In this document: piece after piece, positions 25,306 through 37,400 of the stretch
Layout of the letters: each line of letters starts with the position of its first letter
How positions within the stretch are numbered: position 1 is the first letter of the stretch
Assembly: GCA_004431415.1 (NCBI GenBank)
Contig: QPMI01000072.1
Coordinates: forward strand, 1-64,000
Length of the DNA: 64,000 bases
Direction of reading: 5' to 3'
DNA from: Cyanophora paradoxa CCMP329
Lineage: Eukaryota > Plantae > Glaucophyta
The notes under the pieces: model-generated
What the model was told of the DNA's origin: nothing
Database searches by the model: none
The model's input: the letters and a program-made list of their open reading frames with translations, nothing else
Translations under genes and position numbers: made by a program

Positions 25306-26819
25306 TGCGTATCATACATCAGAAGAAGCCAGATAAGGTAATGCAAAGGTACAGAAACATCATTGGGCATACATATACCTCGAATAGGAGATGCAGACAA
25401 AGCAACAGACATTCACAGCGGGCACCCCGAGATGCACACCTAGTATGAAGGGGCAAACATCAGACAAAGCAGTTACACAGTCGTCGGGAGGCAGTACAAC
25501 CACTGAAAACAGCGTACCAAGGACGGATACAACACAGAATGCAGACCGAGAGGAAGCAAAGTGGGACAAAAGAACCACTCAACGCCCCGACTTGAAGGCC
25601 ACCCACGCGCTGGAGAGCGAAATAAGATGATAGCTAAACCCTCATTATGGGCAGGAGGGATGGCGCATGGGACGGGCGACGCACCAGAAATGTTAGCGCC
25701 AAAAAGAAGGGAAGACAACCAGGGCAGCAGACATAAAAGGCTTTAATCCGATGACCCCTACAGATCGAAGAGCCATACATTAGCAAGTGCGGTCACCGCT
25801 GAGAGCCGCGATGCAGGATCTGAGCTTATAACAAGTGCGTACCGATTTTCGTCAAAACCGAAGCTGCAGTCAGTAAAACGACGGTGACGGTGATGGCCGG
25901 CAAAGGAGCGGAAAAGTCCCAACCCTGCGTAAAGCCACACATCAACTCCATGGCTCGCAACTGTACTATGCGCGGCGAAGGCAGCACGGCCTCACGCTAG
26001 CCGGGGCGCTACTAGCGATAGAATCGCTAATAGTCAATAGGTGGTCTCTAGCACCGCATGCGCAACTGACTAACCGCGGCAGTTACGGTTGCATGCAACT
26101 AACCGCGAGACCAAGGGCCCCAAGTCCAAACATTACGACCGGCGAGCGACGATAGATGTAGAGAAAGCGTGCACGTACCAAGCACTATGATCGTTGCTTC
26201 TAGGACCCAGCCGAGCCACGGACGACGCAAGCCCGGAGCGATGAAGCTGGCGCACGAACGAAGCACGCCTGGCCAAGCCAGGATAGCGGGACAGCTCTTT
26301 CCACTTGAAGCCGAGCAGGCCGCGAGGCCACCGCCCGCGGAAGCTGATCAGACTTGAGGCCAGGCACGCCAGCGCCACGCCAGGGATTGACTGATGTCCG
26401 GGTACAAAAACAATGCAGGAGATCAAATTCTACGGCCTTAGTGGCGCCCGTACGCGTCGGACGCCGTCACTTAAAAGACTGCAGCACTTTAAGCACAGCC
26501 ACGACAGTACGGCGCTGGCCTCGACGACTCTCGCGCGCGCGCCGAGCCTAGCACAGGAAGGAATCCCGCCGGCACCCTGGCCGGCGCCACCACCAAGCCG
26601 CACAAGCGGGACAAAAAACATCACTAACAGACTCTGAGACCGGGGCCGGGAATCAGAAAGGCCGGCGCCGCCGGTCGCAGCAGCTGATACGACTTCGACG
26701 TCGACAGACAGCAGCTTCATTCAAGACAAGCAGAGAGTCCAACGCCTAGATCCCCTGCCATGAGCAGCAAGAACAAATTCAACATGCAAATACAATGACA
26801 TACACACACACAGCTACCT

Positions 26820-29800
26820 AGGCGCGGCAGGGCGGGGGGCTGCGCGGCGGAGCAGGGCGGCGGACCCGGTGCAGGCAAGATGGGTCCACGGCGGATGCGA
26901 AGCGCAAGCGCGGCCGCCCGGCGGATCCCGGAGCTGCTGCAAGCAGAAGCGGGCGCAGTCAAACCGGGGCAGCTGGGGACGGGGCGGCAAAGGAGCGGCG
27001 TCGCGGGGCGGCCCCTGCCACCTGTACGGGGGCCCGGATGCATAGCGTCGTTCCAGGGGCACAAAGTTGTAGGGATGGGAAGGGAGAGGAGGGGGGGGGG
27101 CGAGGCCTAGGGCTGGGAAGCGGACGCTGGAAGCCTAGGGCTGGGGTGCGGGCGCTGGAGGCCTAGAGCTGGGGCGCGGGCGCTGGAGGCCTAGGGCTGG
27201 GGCGCGGGCGCTGGAGGCCTAGGGCTGGAGCGCGGGCGCTGGAGGGGGGCGCGGGCGCTGGAGGCCTAGGGCTGGGACGCGGGCGCTGGAGGCCTAGGGC
27301 TGGGACGCGGGCGCTGGAAGCCTAGGGCTTGGGCGCGGGCGCTGGAAGCATAGGGCTGGGGTGCAGGCGCTGGAGGCCTAGGGCTGGGGTGGGAGTGGGG
27401 GGGGGGGGGGGGGGGGGGGAGGGGCGCTGAGGTTTCATTAACGTGAGCGATGCGCGTTGCATCCTGCACATGGCGTCAGCGGGATGCGGGCAGCAGGGGG
27501 TACAGACGCGCGGACCAGAGGCCAGAAAGCTCGAGAGACTCGAAGACCGAGAGGTGCGCGAAGGCCGAGAGGTGCACGCGCCTGATTGCCTCTCCCGTCC
27601 AGGGCATGCAGCCCCTCCGGCCTGCCACCTGCACGGGGGCCCGGGTGCCTAGCGTCGTTCCAGAGGCACAAAGTTGTAGAATTGGGAAGGGAGAGGGGGG
27701 GGGGAGGGGGGGGGGGGGGGCGAGGCCTGGGGCTGGGGCGCGGGCGCTGGAAGCCTAGAGCTGGGGCGCGGGCACTGGAGGCCTAGGGCTGGGGCGCGGG
27801 CGCTGGAGGCCTAGGGCTGGGGCGCGGGCGCTGGAGGCCTAGGGCTGGGGCGCGGGCGCTGGAGGCCTAGGGCTGGGACGCGGGCGCTGGAAGCCTAGGG
27901 TTTGGGCGCGGGCGCTGGAAGCATAGGGCTTGGGCGCGGGCGCTGGAGGCCTAGGGCTGGGGCGCGGGCGCTGGAGGCCTAGGGCTGGGGCGCGGGCGCT
28001 GGAGGCCTAGGGCTGGGACGCGGGCGCTGGAAGCCTAGGGCTTGGGCGCGGGCGCTGGAAGCATAGGGCTGGGGTGCAGGCGCTGGAGGCCTAGGGCTGG
28101 GGCGCGGCAACGATACTGCGGGCGGAAGCGGGCGCACTCAAATAAGAAGGATGGAAGATGTCGCGCCAATGCGCGACCGCCCGGCAGCGCTGCTGCAGGC
28201 GTAAGAGGACGCGATCAATTCGAGGGAGCGGGGGACGGGGCAGCAGGACAGTGGCGTAGCCGGACGGCGGACCAGGCGCAGGCGAGAGAAGTCCACGGCA
28301 CGTGCGGGGCTCGAGCGCCGGCGGCCACCGAAGCTGCTGCGGGCGGGAGCGGGCTCGATCAAATCGGGGCAACGAGCCGTCAGGGCGGTAGGAGAGCGGC
28401 AGAGCCAGGCAACGAACCCGGCGCAGGCAAACTGGACCCACGGAAGGTACGGGAGCGAGCAATTCGACCGGCGGCCCTGCTGCGAGCAGGAGCGGGCATG
28501 ATCAAATCATAAGAACATAGGACGGCGCGGCAGGAGAGCGGCGGAGCCGGGCGGCAGACCCGGTGCAGGCAAGAAGAATCCACGGCGGGTGCGAAGCCCA
28601 AGCGTGGCCAACCGGCCCAGCTGCTGCAAGCAGAAACGGGCGCGATCAAACCGGGGCAGATGGAACGGGGCGGCAAAGGAGCGGCGTCGCGGGCGGCGAA
28701 CCCTGCGCGGACGAGAAGAGGCCGGCGGCGGACCAGGCGCAGGCGAGAGGAGTCCACGGCACGTCCGGGGCCCAAGCGCCGGCAGCCACCGAAACTGCTG
28801 CGGGCGGGAGCGGGCGCGATCAAATCGGGGCGACGAGCCTTCAGGGCGGTAGGAGAGCGACGGGCTAGGCAGCGAACCCGGCGCAAATCATAAGGACGAG
28901 GGACGGCGCGGCAGGAGAGCGGCGGAGCCGGGCGGCGGACCCGGTGCAGGCGAGATGGATCCAGGGCTGGGAAGCGGACGCTGGACGCCTAGGGCTGGGG
29001 TGCGGGCGCTGGAGGCCTAGAGCTGGGGCGCGGGCGCTGGAGGCCTAGGGCTGGGACGCGGGCCCTGGAGGCCCTGGAGCGCGGGGCGGCGAACCCTGCG
29101 CGGACGAGAAGAGGCCGGGCGGCGGACCAGGCGCAGGCGAGAGGAGTCCAAGGCACGTCCGGGGCCCAAGCGCCGGCGGCCACCGAAACTGCTGCGGGCG
29201 GGAGCGAACGCGATCAAATCGGGGCGACGAGCCTTCAGGGCGGTAGGAGAGCGACAGGGCTAGGCAGCGAACCCGGCGCAAATCATAAGGACGAGGGACG
29301 GCGCGGCAGGAGAGCGGCGGAGCCGGGCGGCGGACCCGGTGCAGGCGAGATGGATCCACGGCGGGTGCGGGGCCCAAAAGCGGCCGCCTGGCAGCGCTGC
29401 TACTAGAACGCGATCAGTTCGAGAGAGCGGGGGACGGGGCGGCAGGACAGTGGCGTAGCCGGGCGGCGGACCAGGCGCAGGCGAGAGGAGTCCACGGCAC
29501 GTACGGGGCCCGATCGCCAGCGGCCACCGAAGCTGCTGCGGGCGGGAACGGGCGCGACCAAATCGGGGCGACAAACCGTCAGGGCGGTAGGAGAGCGGCA
29601 GGGCCAGGCAGCGAACCCGGCGCAGGCAAGCTGGACACACGGAAGGTACGAGGCGCGAGTGTGGTCGACCGGCGGCCCTGCTGCAGGCAGGAGCGGGCAT
29701 GATCAAATCATAAGAACAGGGGACGGCGCGGCAAGAAAGCGGCGGAGACGGGCGGCGGACCCGGAGCAGGCAAGATGGGTCCACGGCGGGTGCGGAGCCC

Positions 29801-30480
29801 AAGCGTGGCCGACCGGCAGCGCTGCTGCCGAGGGAAAACAACGCGATCAATTCGAAGGAGCGGGGGACGGGGCGGCAGGACAGTGGCGTAGCCGGGCGGC
29901 GTACCAGGCGCAGACGAGAGGAGTCCACGGCACGTGCGGGGCCCGATCGCCAGCGGCCACCGAAGCTGCTGCGGGCGGGAGCGGGCGCGACCAAATCGGG
30001 GCGACAAACCGTCAGGGCGGTAGGAGAGCGGCAGGGCCAGGCAGCGAACCCGGCGCAGACAAGCTGGACACACGGAAGGTACGAGGCGCGAGCGTTGTCG
30101 ACCGGCGGACCTGCTGCGGGCAGGAGCGGGCATGATCAAATCATAAGAACGGTGGACGGCACGGCAAGAGAGCGGCAGAGACGGGCGGCGGACCCGGAGC
30201 AGGCAAGATGGGTCCACGGCGCGTGCGGAGCCCAAGCGTGGCCGCCCGGCGGAGCTGCTGCAGGCAGAAGCGGACCGGATCAAACCGGGGCAGATGGGGA
30301 AGGGGCAGCAGAGAAGCGGCGGCGCAGGCAAGCTGGACACACGGAAGGTACAAGGCGCGAGCGCGGTCGACCGGCGTACCTGCCGCAAGCAGGAGCGGAC
30401 GCACTCAAACCGGGGCGGATGGGACGGGGCGGAAAAGGACCGGCGTCGCGGGGCGACGAACCCGGCGCAGACGAGAAGTG
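26820..30480. repeat. Compound GC-rich repeat field: 28-bp minisatellite arrays (27105-27390, 27720-28105, 28960-29075) plus shuffled longer units (28100-30480)
   Basis: 28-mer ctagggctggggcgcgggcgctggaggc in tandem. Longer blocks recur several times, e.g. ggaccaggcgcaggcgagaggagtccacggcacgt, ccaccgaagctgctgcgggcgggagcggg, cagggcggtaggagagcg, gatcaaatcataagaac. Confidence 0.95.
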
Positions 30481-31589
30481 GCCCTGCATCAGCGGCGGCG
30501 CTGATGCAGGCAGACAATCACCTGATGACCATTAAACGCAGAAGCGCACAAACAGCAAAACCGCCGCTCACCGTGGAACAATCGGCCGCATATACGCGAC
30601 TTCCGCGCCGCTGCGGATGGTCCGCGCTGCCGGCGATCGCTCCGGGATCACATCCTTCGATCGATCTGCGGCGGACAACATGATTCGACAACCACAGCCC
30701 AACCTCACACTTGAGGCCGGGCAGGCCCGACCTCACAAGGATCACACCGCGTAACGGGGGGGTACACTACCACAACCGAACGACCGTGGCCCACGGTCGT
30801 TCGACGAGGGGGGGTACACAGATATGTAGACTTTCCGCAAGCCGACACTGTCCCACCCGCGAACGCCGTCCAGTCTGGCACACACGAGATGCCAATGCCA
30901 TGGAAAATACCGGTACTTACCCTCCGAGGCTCACGCGCGGATTTCCTAATACCACACTTCCGCCTCGCACGCGGCGCTCATATCTACCTTCGCTGATCTT
31001 GCCACGACACGACAGACCCACGAGGACGACCTCGGCAATTGGTGGCGCCATTGGCCGGTCAAGCTAGCAAGGAGGGCCTTTCGAAAGCAGCGGCGCACGC
31101 TCCAACCAGGCGAGCTTCGTGTAACACGGGCATCCATGTGCGTACACTCGCTCGGCCAGGAAACCCGACAGGCGCCTGAAAGTAGCGCAGCAAACGCGAT
31201 GCACGCTACTATGTTAGATGCTGGTGTCGGGAATGGAGTACAAAAGAGCCACCAGCATGGATCAAGTTCAAAAGACGTGCGCCACATACCTGCACCCTGA
31301 AGACCCCTGACATCGACCCAATTCTGATGATGGCCGCATGCACAGCCCTCATTTATGCTACATGGATAGAAGGAAGACTGTCACTACTCGAAAAACACGG
31401 CCGTATCCCTTGAATGCAGCGAGTGCTACTTATTTGGAACCGACCGCACCAATTCAAACAGTACTATTCAACAGCAGAAGCTTGCTTCTCCTGACCATCA
31501 AGCTTCTCGAGAGATCATAAACATGACAACTAGCAATCCATCTTAATTTCAAGAACTCAAAGCTCATAGCTGTAATGGAGGCTCACCCT

Positions 31590-33077
31590 AACCCTCAGCA
31601 TGCTCATCGGGAGCCTCTTCCAGGGACGGTGGCTCTGAACAGCATAACGTCCTGACAGCAACACCTGTGTCCATAACGACAGCGCTAGCATTGCTTAATC
31701 TATCAAAAACGCATGCACAGCACTCATATATGATATGAGGATGACTGCCAGCCTGCACCTCGAGAGTTCTGCAGCACAGTGCAATCGTGATTGCCGCAAT
31801 CATAGTTCTACTTAGTACGCCTATAAAAAGTACGCTTAAAAACAGATTATGCCATGAACCACGGGTTCGGCCGGTACTACTTGCTATTGCTTGTGAGACA
31901 ACTCAGCGACGAGTGCACCTGCCTCCTCCACGAGGGACCGAACCTGCTCCTTCGTAAGGGCATCCTGTAGAAACAGATACGGCGATCATATGTCAGTCGA
32001 AGACAGATACGGACAGCAAATGACACCGGGATTCCCACACCTCAGCCGCAAGAGCTTCAGTCCTCCCCGCTTCCTCGTTCCGACACCAACATGCTCCTTT
32101 TCGATAGCAGCCATAAGGACCCTAGCCTGCATAGTTCGGATTACAGCTGGCAATCGCAGGTGCACAGGATTTGCAATAGCCCACCTTAGACGCAAGATCT
32201 TCATTCCTCCTCCGAAGGACTCCAGGTACTCGTCCCTGTGCAAGGGCCAAATGAGCAACATCGAAGGGAGACATGTAAAAGCATACGTAAGGCTCACCTC
32301 GACTTCTTGTGAGCCACAACGATGTTATTAAGACGGACAATATGCCAGCATAACACCGCGAACGAATCCCGGATACGGTCATCAGCACCATGGCAGAATC
32401 AATCAAGACATCTGCATCATGAAGCTGAGAGGCGGAGAGAAGACCCGAGCTGTCGTCCTGGAGGTCCTTCTTCAGCTCAGGAAAACATGGCATGACTTTG
32501 CTGATTTCACCCAGAAGCACGTCAAAGTATTCAGCACTACCAGGCATACTGCCCGGCAATGCAAGCAAAGCAAGCGACCCTGAGGAGCTAAAGCACAAAT
32601 CAAACACAACCGGTAGTGCCCAAAGAAATAACGAATGACAGAGTACAAACCCGTTACAGGGCATTCAATCCGTTGACCGTCTTCTGATCTGAGCGAGCAT
32701 TCTGAATGCTGCAGTTCTTCATGGTACAGATCGTACACCCGAAGCAGGCTCTGTATATGACTATCGAGCACTCCCCTGTGTACGACAAGTACAAGCCGAA
32801 GGAAATCAAGATTCTTGGCTACAGTCCGAATCGCTTCTTTACCAGGACTCGTTGGTCTGACCCGCTGCATGATGATAGCACGGACCAGGGGCGCCAAACG
32901 ACACAATGAATTCAGATGCGAGTGTATGGATCGGCTCCAAAGACGCCATACACCGCCTGCTTCCATCACGCTTGATAGGCAGCTGCGGATCCAATCCACG
33001 AGGTCGCTTACATGACCGGACTTGCACGGGCAAGCAGGGAACTGTAGAACCATTAGAAATTTGAAAAACATGCGCAA
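31590..33077 (-). CDS. Hypothetical spliced or frameshifted helical protein (orphan)
   Basis: Overlapping protein-like minus ORFs 32472-33077, 32122-32664, 31986-32297 and 31588-31803; no motif recognised. Confidence 0.45.
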
Positions 33078-34443
33078 CGATCAACACGTACATGATGGGA
33101 CTCGCACTGAGAGATAGAACTCGACACAGGCGGCATCCAGCAGGTACAGTTTACACCTGCAGCGATACACCAGGTCATTAGCATTTAGACCGCATCAGAG
33201 CGGACCCGGAAACACGAGCATGCGCACGGAGCAAGAGCACCAGGCGCGCAGAGCGCTCACACGACGACTGAACGGTAGTAGGACCAGGGCGCAGGCGTCT
33301 GGCGGGCAACGATGGCAATGCAAAGAAGTCAGCAGCAGGCCAGCGCATATAACAAGCAGGACAACAGTGGCAGGGCAGCGCGTACAGCGGTCCGGTCTAG
33401 ATCCGACAGGCAGCGATGGCCTGAAGTACAAAAGCAAAGGAGGACTTGCGGCCTGAATGCGCCGCACACCGAGAGAGGCTGGACGCGACCAGGGTGCGGT
33501 TGTGAGCGAAGCGGAGCATATAACGAGTCGGGCGCCAAAGACAGGGCGGCACGTACAACGGAACGACGGGAGCTCCAGCTAGGGCGACACCAGCACGGCC
33601 GCCGGGCCAATTCCGAAAAGTGGAACGAGGACGCTAACAACAGCTAAGATGCAGCGGCCGCAATGCCAGGACGTGCGGCCAGAAGGGTATACGCAACACC
33701 ACATAACCGGGTACACCAACGCCAAGTAGTCGATCGCGAGCGATCGCGAACGTCCGACGTCGACGTCGACTGCCGATCGAGACAAGTCAACTAGGACCCC
33801 AAGCAAAGACCCGATCTCGGAGACTTCAAAAATCATGTACCCCCCCAGAATCTCATAACAATAGTACATAGGTCGCAGAGCTTTTAACAATGGGCCGTAC
33901 AATTGCAGACCTTTACAACTCGAAAGTCCGACAGGTACTCCTTAAACGTCATTGGATGGAAGCAGGTACTACTCGATTGACGGGTCACGAGTCGGCAGTA
34001 TAGCCTCTGGTCTCTTCTTCCCTTCGGTCAGAATTGAGACCCGAGGCTGATTTGCAAGCTTGATTTAAAATTGGTCAAGTTGGGTCAACGTCGACGTCAG
34101 CGGTTGAAATCGATTGCTGTGGCGGGGTACAACAGCTTCACAACCTGGAGCACTTTTAGAGCTGCAGGAGCCTGAAGGCTCCAGCCGAAGGCCCGTAGCT
34201 GCGCCGCGAGCGCTCTCACGACCAACGGCAGCCGCCGGCACGCACAGCCGCGCCCCCCAGCAGCGCCCTATGGCCTAGCTGGCGCACGCGCTCATGATCA
34301 AAGAAGCGGCTCTCATGGAGAGCAGCTGTCACCTCCTCAGGCCTCTCGACAGGCGCAGCTAATAGCGCAGCCGCCTGCACCGCCAGCCCAGGGCCGCTCG
34401 GTTCCTTCCCCAACACGAAACGGCCGCTGACGGCGACCTCCAA

Positions 34444-37400
34444 ATGGAGGGAGACGCGCCTGCGGCAGCAGCGGCGCAGCCTCGGACGCCGCGCTCTCTC
34501 CCTGCAATCGCCAGCGGCAGCCGGATCAGATCTCGCTCCCTTCTGGCGATTGACGCGAGCGCGGGGAGCGATGCGGAACTCGCTTCCCTCTGCAAGCGCC
34601 TCCCAAGCTCCCTGCTCGCCACGGACGGCCTTGGGATGTTGGCGTCGGCAATGGCGGCCGCAGCCGACGCACCCGCCCCGTCTCTCGCCGTCCCTGGAGC
34701 CGCTCTCATCGTGGAAGGTGCGGAGCGGGGCAGCCGCGCCGCCGCCGCCGCTCCTAACCGCCGCGCGCTCACGCGGCCGCAGCGGATGGCGTCAGCGCGC
34801 TGGCGCGCGTGCTGTCGCGCTCGCACGCGCCGGCGGAGGCCGCGGGCCAGGCGCGCGCCCCCGCGGCCGCCTTCAGCTTTCGCGCCGCTCACTCACTCGC
34901 TCGCTCGCTCGCTCGCTCGCTCACAGCTGTCGAGCGCCCTGGAAGCGCTGCTGGCCGGCATCGGAGGGCGCCTGCATCGCCACGGCGCCGACCTACTCGC
35001 CCTCCACGGCCCGCCGGTGCGCCCCGCCGGGCCGGCCCCCTCCCGCGGCCGCTCGCCGCGCGCCTCGCGCCTGCGCTCCGCCCCCCTAGCCGCTGCGCTG
35101 GAGCAGCAGGGGTTAGGGCACCCTGGCCCTCCCGGAGTCCCGCGGCCGCCCGCCCCCCGCCCCTCGCCCCCCGCCTCGGTCTCCTTAGGACGCCGCGGGG
35201 CGCCCCGCAGCGCTTGCCTTCGTTTCGGCGCGCGGCGGGGACGGAGGCGGCGAGGAGGCGCTGCGCGAGGCGGCGGCGGCGGCGCTGGCGGCCGCGCGGG
35301 AGATCGCGACGGTGGAGGTCGACTGGGCGGGTCACCGCCTAGCCCTCCGCCTCGCCATCGGTGCGTTCGCCTGAACGTTCGTTCGCCTGAACGGCCGGGG
35401 CGGGCGAACCAACGAACGTTCGTTCGCCCCGCAGGGGTGGGCACGCTCGAGGTGCTGTGCCTCCGGCCCGGGCCCGGGCCCGGGTTCGGGTCCGGCGAGG
35501 AGCTCTTCTTCGGAGGCGATGCCGTGCTCCAGGCCCGGGGGGCCCAGCGCGCCGCCTGGGGTACCGAGCTCCTTCTCTCCCCAGAAGCCGCCCAGATCCT
35601 CGGGTGCGGCATACCCCCTTTCTCACCCCCCCTCCTTCCCTTCTCATTCCTCGTACCCCTGCAGGGACTTGGCCCCGAGCGAGCCGCTACCCGCGCCCTC
35701 GCCCCTCCGGCGGGCGCTCCGCGTACCCCCCTCCGCAGCGCCGCCGGCCCCCGCCGGCGCCGCCGCCTGCTCGTGCGGGTGGATCCTGTCCCCCCGCCTC
35801 GCGACCGGCCCCCGCGCCCGCTCCGCTCTCGTACCCTACTTGCCGATCCTCCGCCGCCTGGCCGCCCGTGCGCGCCCCGCCCAAAACCGCCTCGCCAGAA
35901 GCGAGCGCCCTCCGCGCCCGATACCCGTCGGCAGCCGCCCCGCCGCCGACGCCCGCCCCGCCTCTGGAGCTCCGACGCGCCGCAGTCCTCGCCGGTGCGC
36001 AATATTAGATCAGATAGATCAGATCAGATCAGATCTGAGCGATCTGGTGATTTCCCCATCGCAGCTGCGCTCGGCGGGTGGCACCCCTCCGGCTCTCCCC
36101 TTTCGGGTGCGTACCCGGCGAGCTCTCCCGGCTCAGATACGCGGCTCAGACTCATATGATCGCGAGCAGGCTCGCATGCGGGCGCCAGCAGCCTTGGAGG
36201 GGTACGCCCGGACCCCGCGCGCCTCTCGCTCTCTCATCTGATCTGATCTGATCTGATCTGATCTGATCTGATCTGGCGTTTTCTGATCTGAGCAGATCCT
36301 GGGCGCTCTGCTGTCGACTGCTAACGAGCACGGCGGCCGATTCGGCGGCTTGTGGCTCGACGAAAGGGTGCGTGTACCCCCCGGGTGCTCCACCCTCCCC
36401 CTCAACCCCTCTCTTCCCGCCCCTCTGCAGTCCCCCGCGGCGCTGCTGTGGTTTGGACTGGGTGGCGTACCCCCAGAGGACGACCCGGGTACGCGTTTGC
36501 TCGAGGCCGGCTCCGGCTCCCGTACCCCTGATTATCACCCCCCGCAGAGCGCGCGGTGCGGGCCGCGCTCGCCCTGCAGGCCCGGTTCGAATCCGCGGGG
36601 GCGCCATTCTCCTGCGGGGTACCCCCCCTTCCTCCCCCCCCTTCCCCCGTTCCTCACTTCCGCAACCACCTCAGGTGGCGGAAGGATCGATGTACCACGG
36701 GACGGTCGGCCACCGTTCCCGCCTCCCCCCCTCCCTAGTAGTCCCTACCCCCCTCCCCCCTCCTAACTCCTCCCCTTCCTCTCAGGTCGGCCCCCCTTGC
36801 CGCCTGGCCTACACGCTCGTTGGGGACGCTGTTTCCCTGGCCGCACGCCTCATGGAAGAGGCGAAACCCTCCAGCAGCAACAACAACAACAAGGTACCGT
36901 ACCCCCTTCCTTCTTTTTTTGATGACGTTCGATCTCGTTTGTTTAACGCTTCATTTCGCTCGCAGGGCCGCTCTGTTCTCTGCAGCGGGGGCCTGGTCCA
37001 GGCCATCGCGGCCCGCGGCCGGGCAAGGCGCGCGCATTCAAATTTGAATTTGAAAATTTGAATTTGAACTTGGGTCGAGGCTGGGGCGCTTAACTTCGTT
37101 CGCAGCTCCGTGGTCTTCGACGAGGCGGCCTCGGTACGGGTAGAGGGATTCGAGGGCCCCGTGCGGGGGTTCCGCCCCTCCTCCCGCCGCCCCAGCCTCG
37201 TTCCGGTACCCCCCCACGCATCCCCCCTCGCCCGCCCCGCCCCCTTCCCGATTTTCGCCGCAGGGGACGGGCAGTCCGCAGCGGCGCCGGTCCCTGAGCT
37301 CCGGCCCGCCCCGAGCACTCTCGGTCTCCTTTCGGGTTCGCAGTACCCCCCTCCCCCGGCGCCCACTCCCCCCCCAGTCTCTGAGCCCCGTACCCCTCGC

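Larger units (their letters stand above)
1..34100 (-). mobile_element. Candidate giant Helitron-like element or accessory island (RepHel plus cargo genes); right boundary approximate, left end outside window
   Basis: RepHel followed by a continuous block of mostly co-oriented orphan and F-box genes with short plain introns, lower-GC coding sequence and many internal tandem duplications. Sequence style changes abruptly at ~34.1-34.4 kb to very GC-rich host genes. No terminus or target site identified. Confidence 0.45.

Noticed and set aside
27105-28105. CCTAGGG-containing arrays as telomeric repeat or CRISPR array
   Set aside because: The unit is a 28-bp head-to-tail minisatellite with no unique spacers and no TTAGGG-type short period; context is eukaryotic and no cas genes are seen.
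5400-34100. Endogenous giant virus or Polinton-like origin of the orphan block
   Set aside because: No capsid, packaging ATPase, DNA polymerase B or integrase motif recognised; genes are spliced and the only mobility gene is RepHel. Not fully excluded without profile searches.
34444-36159. 571-aa ORF and the many overlapping Arg/Pro/Gly-rich ORFs across 34-52 kb as standalone proteins
   Set aside because: They are read-through of GC-rich introns or antisense shadows; conserved motifs appear only in short exons bounded by splice sites.
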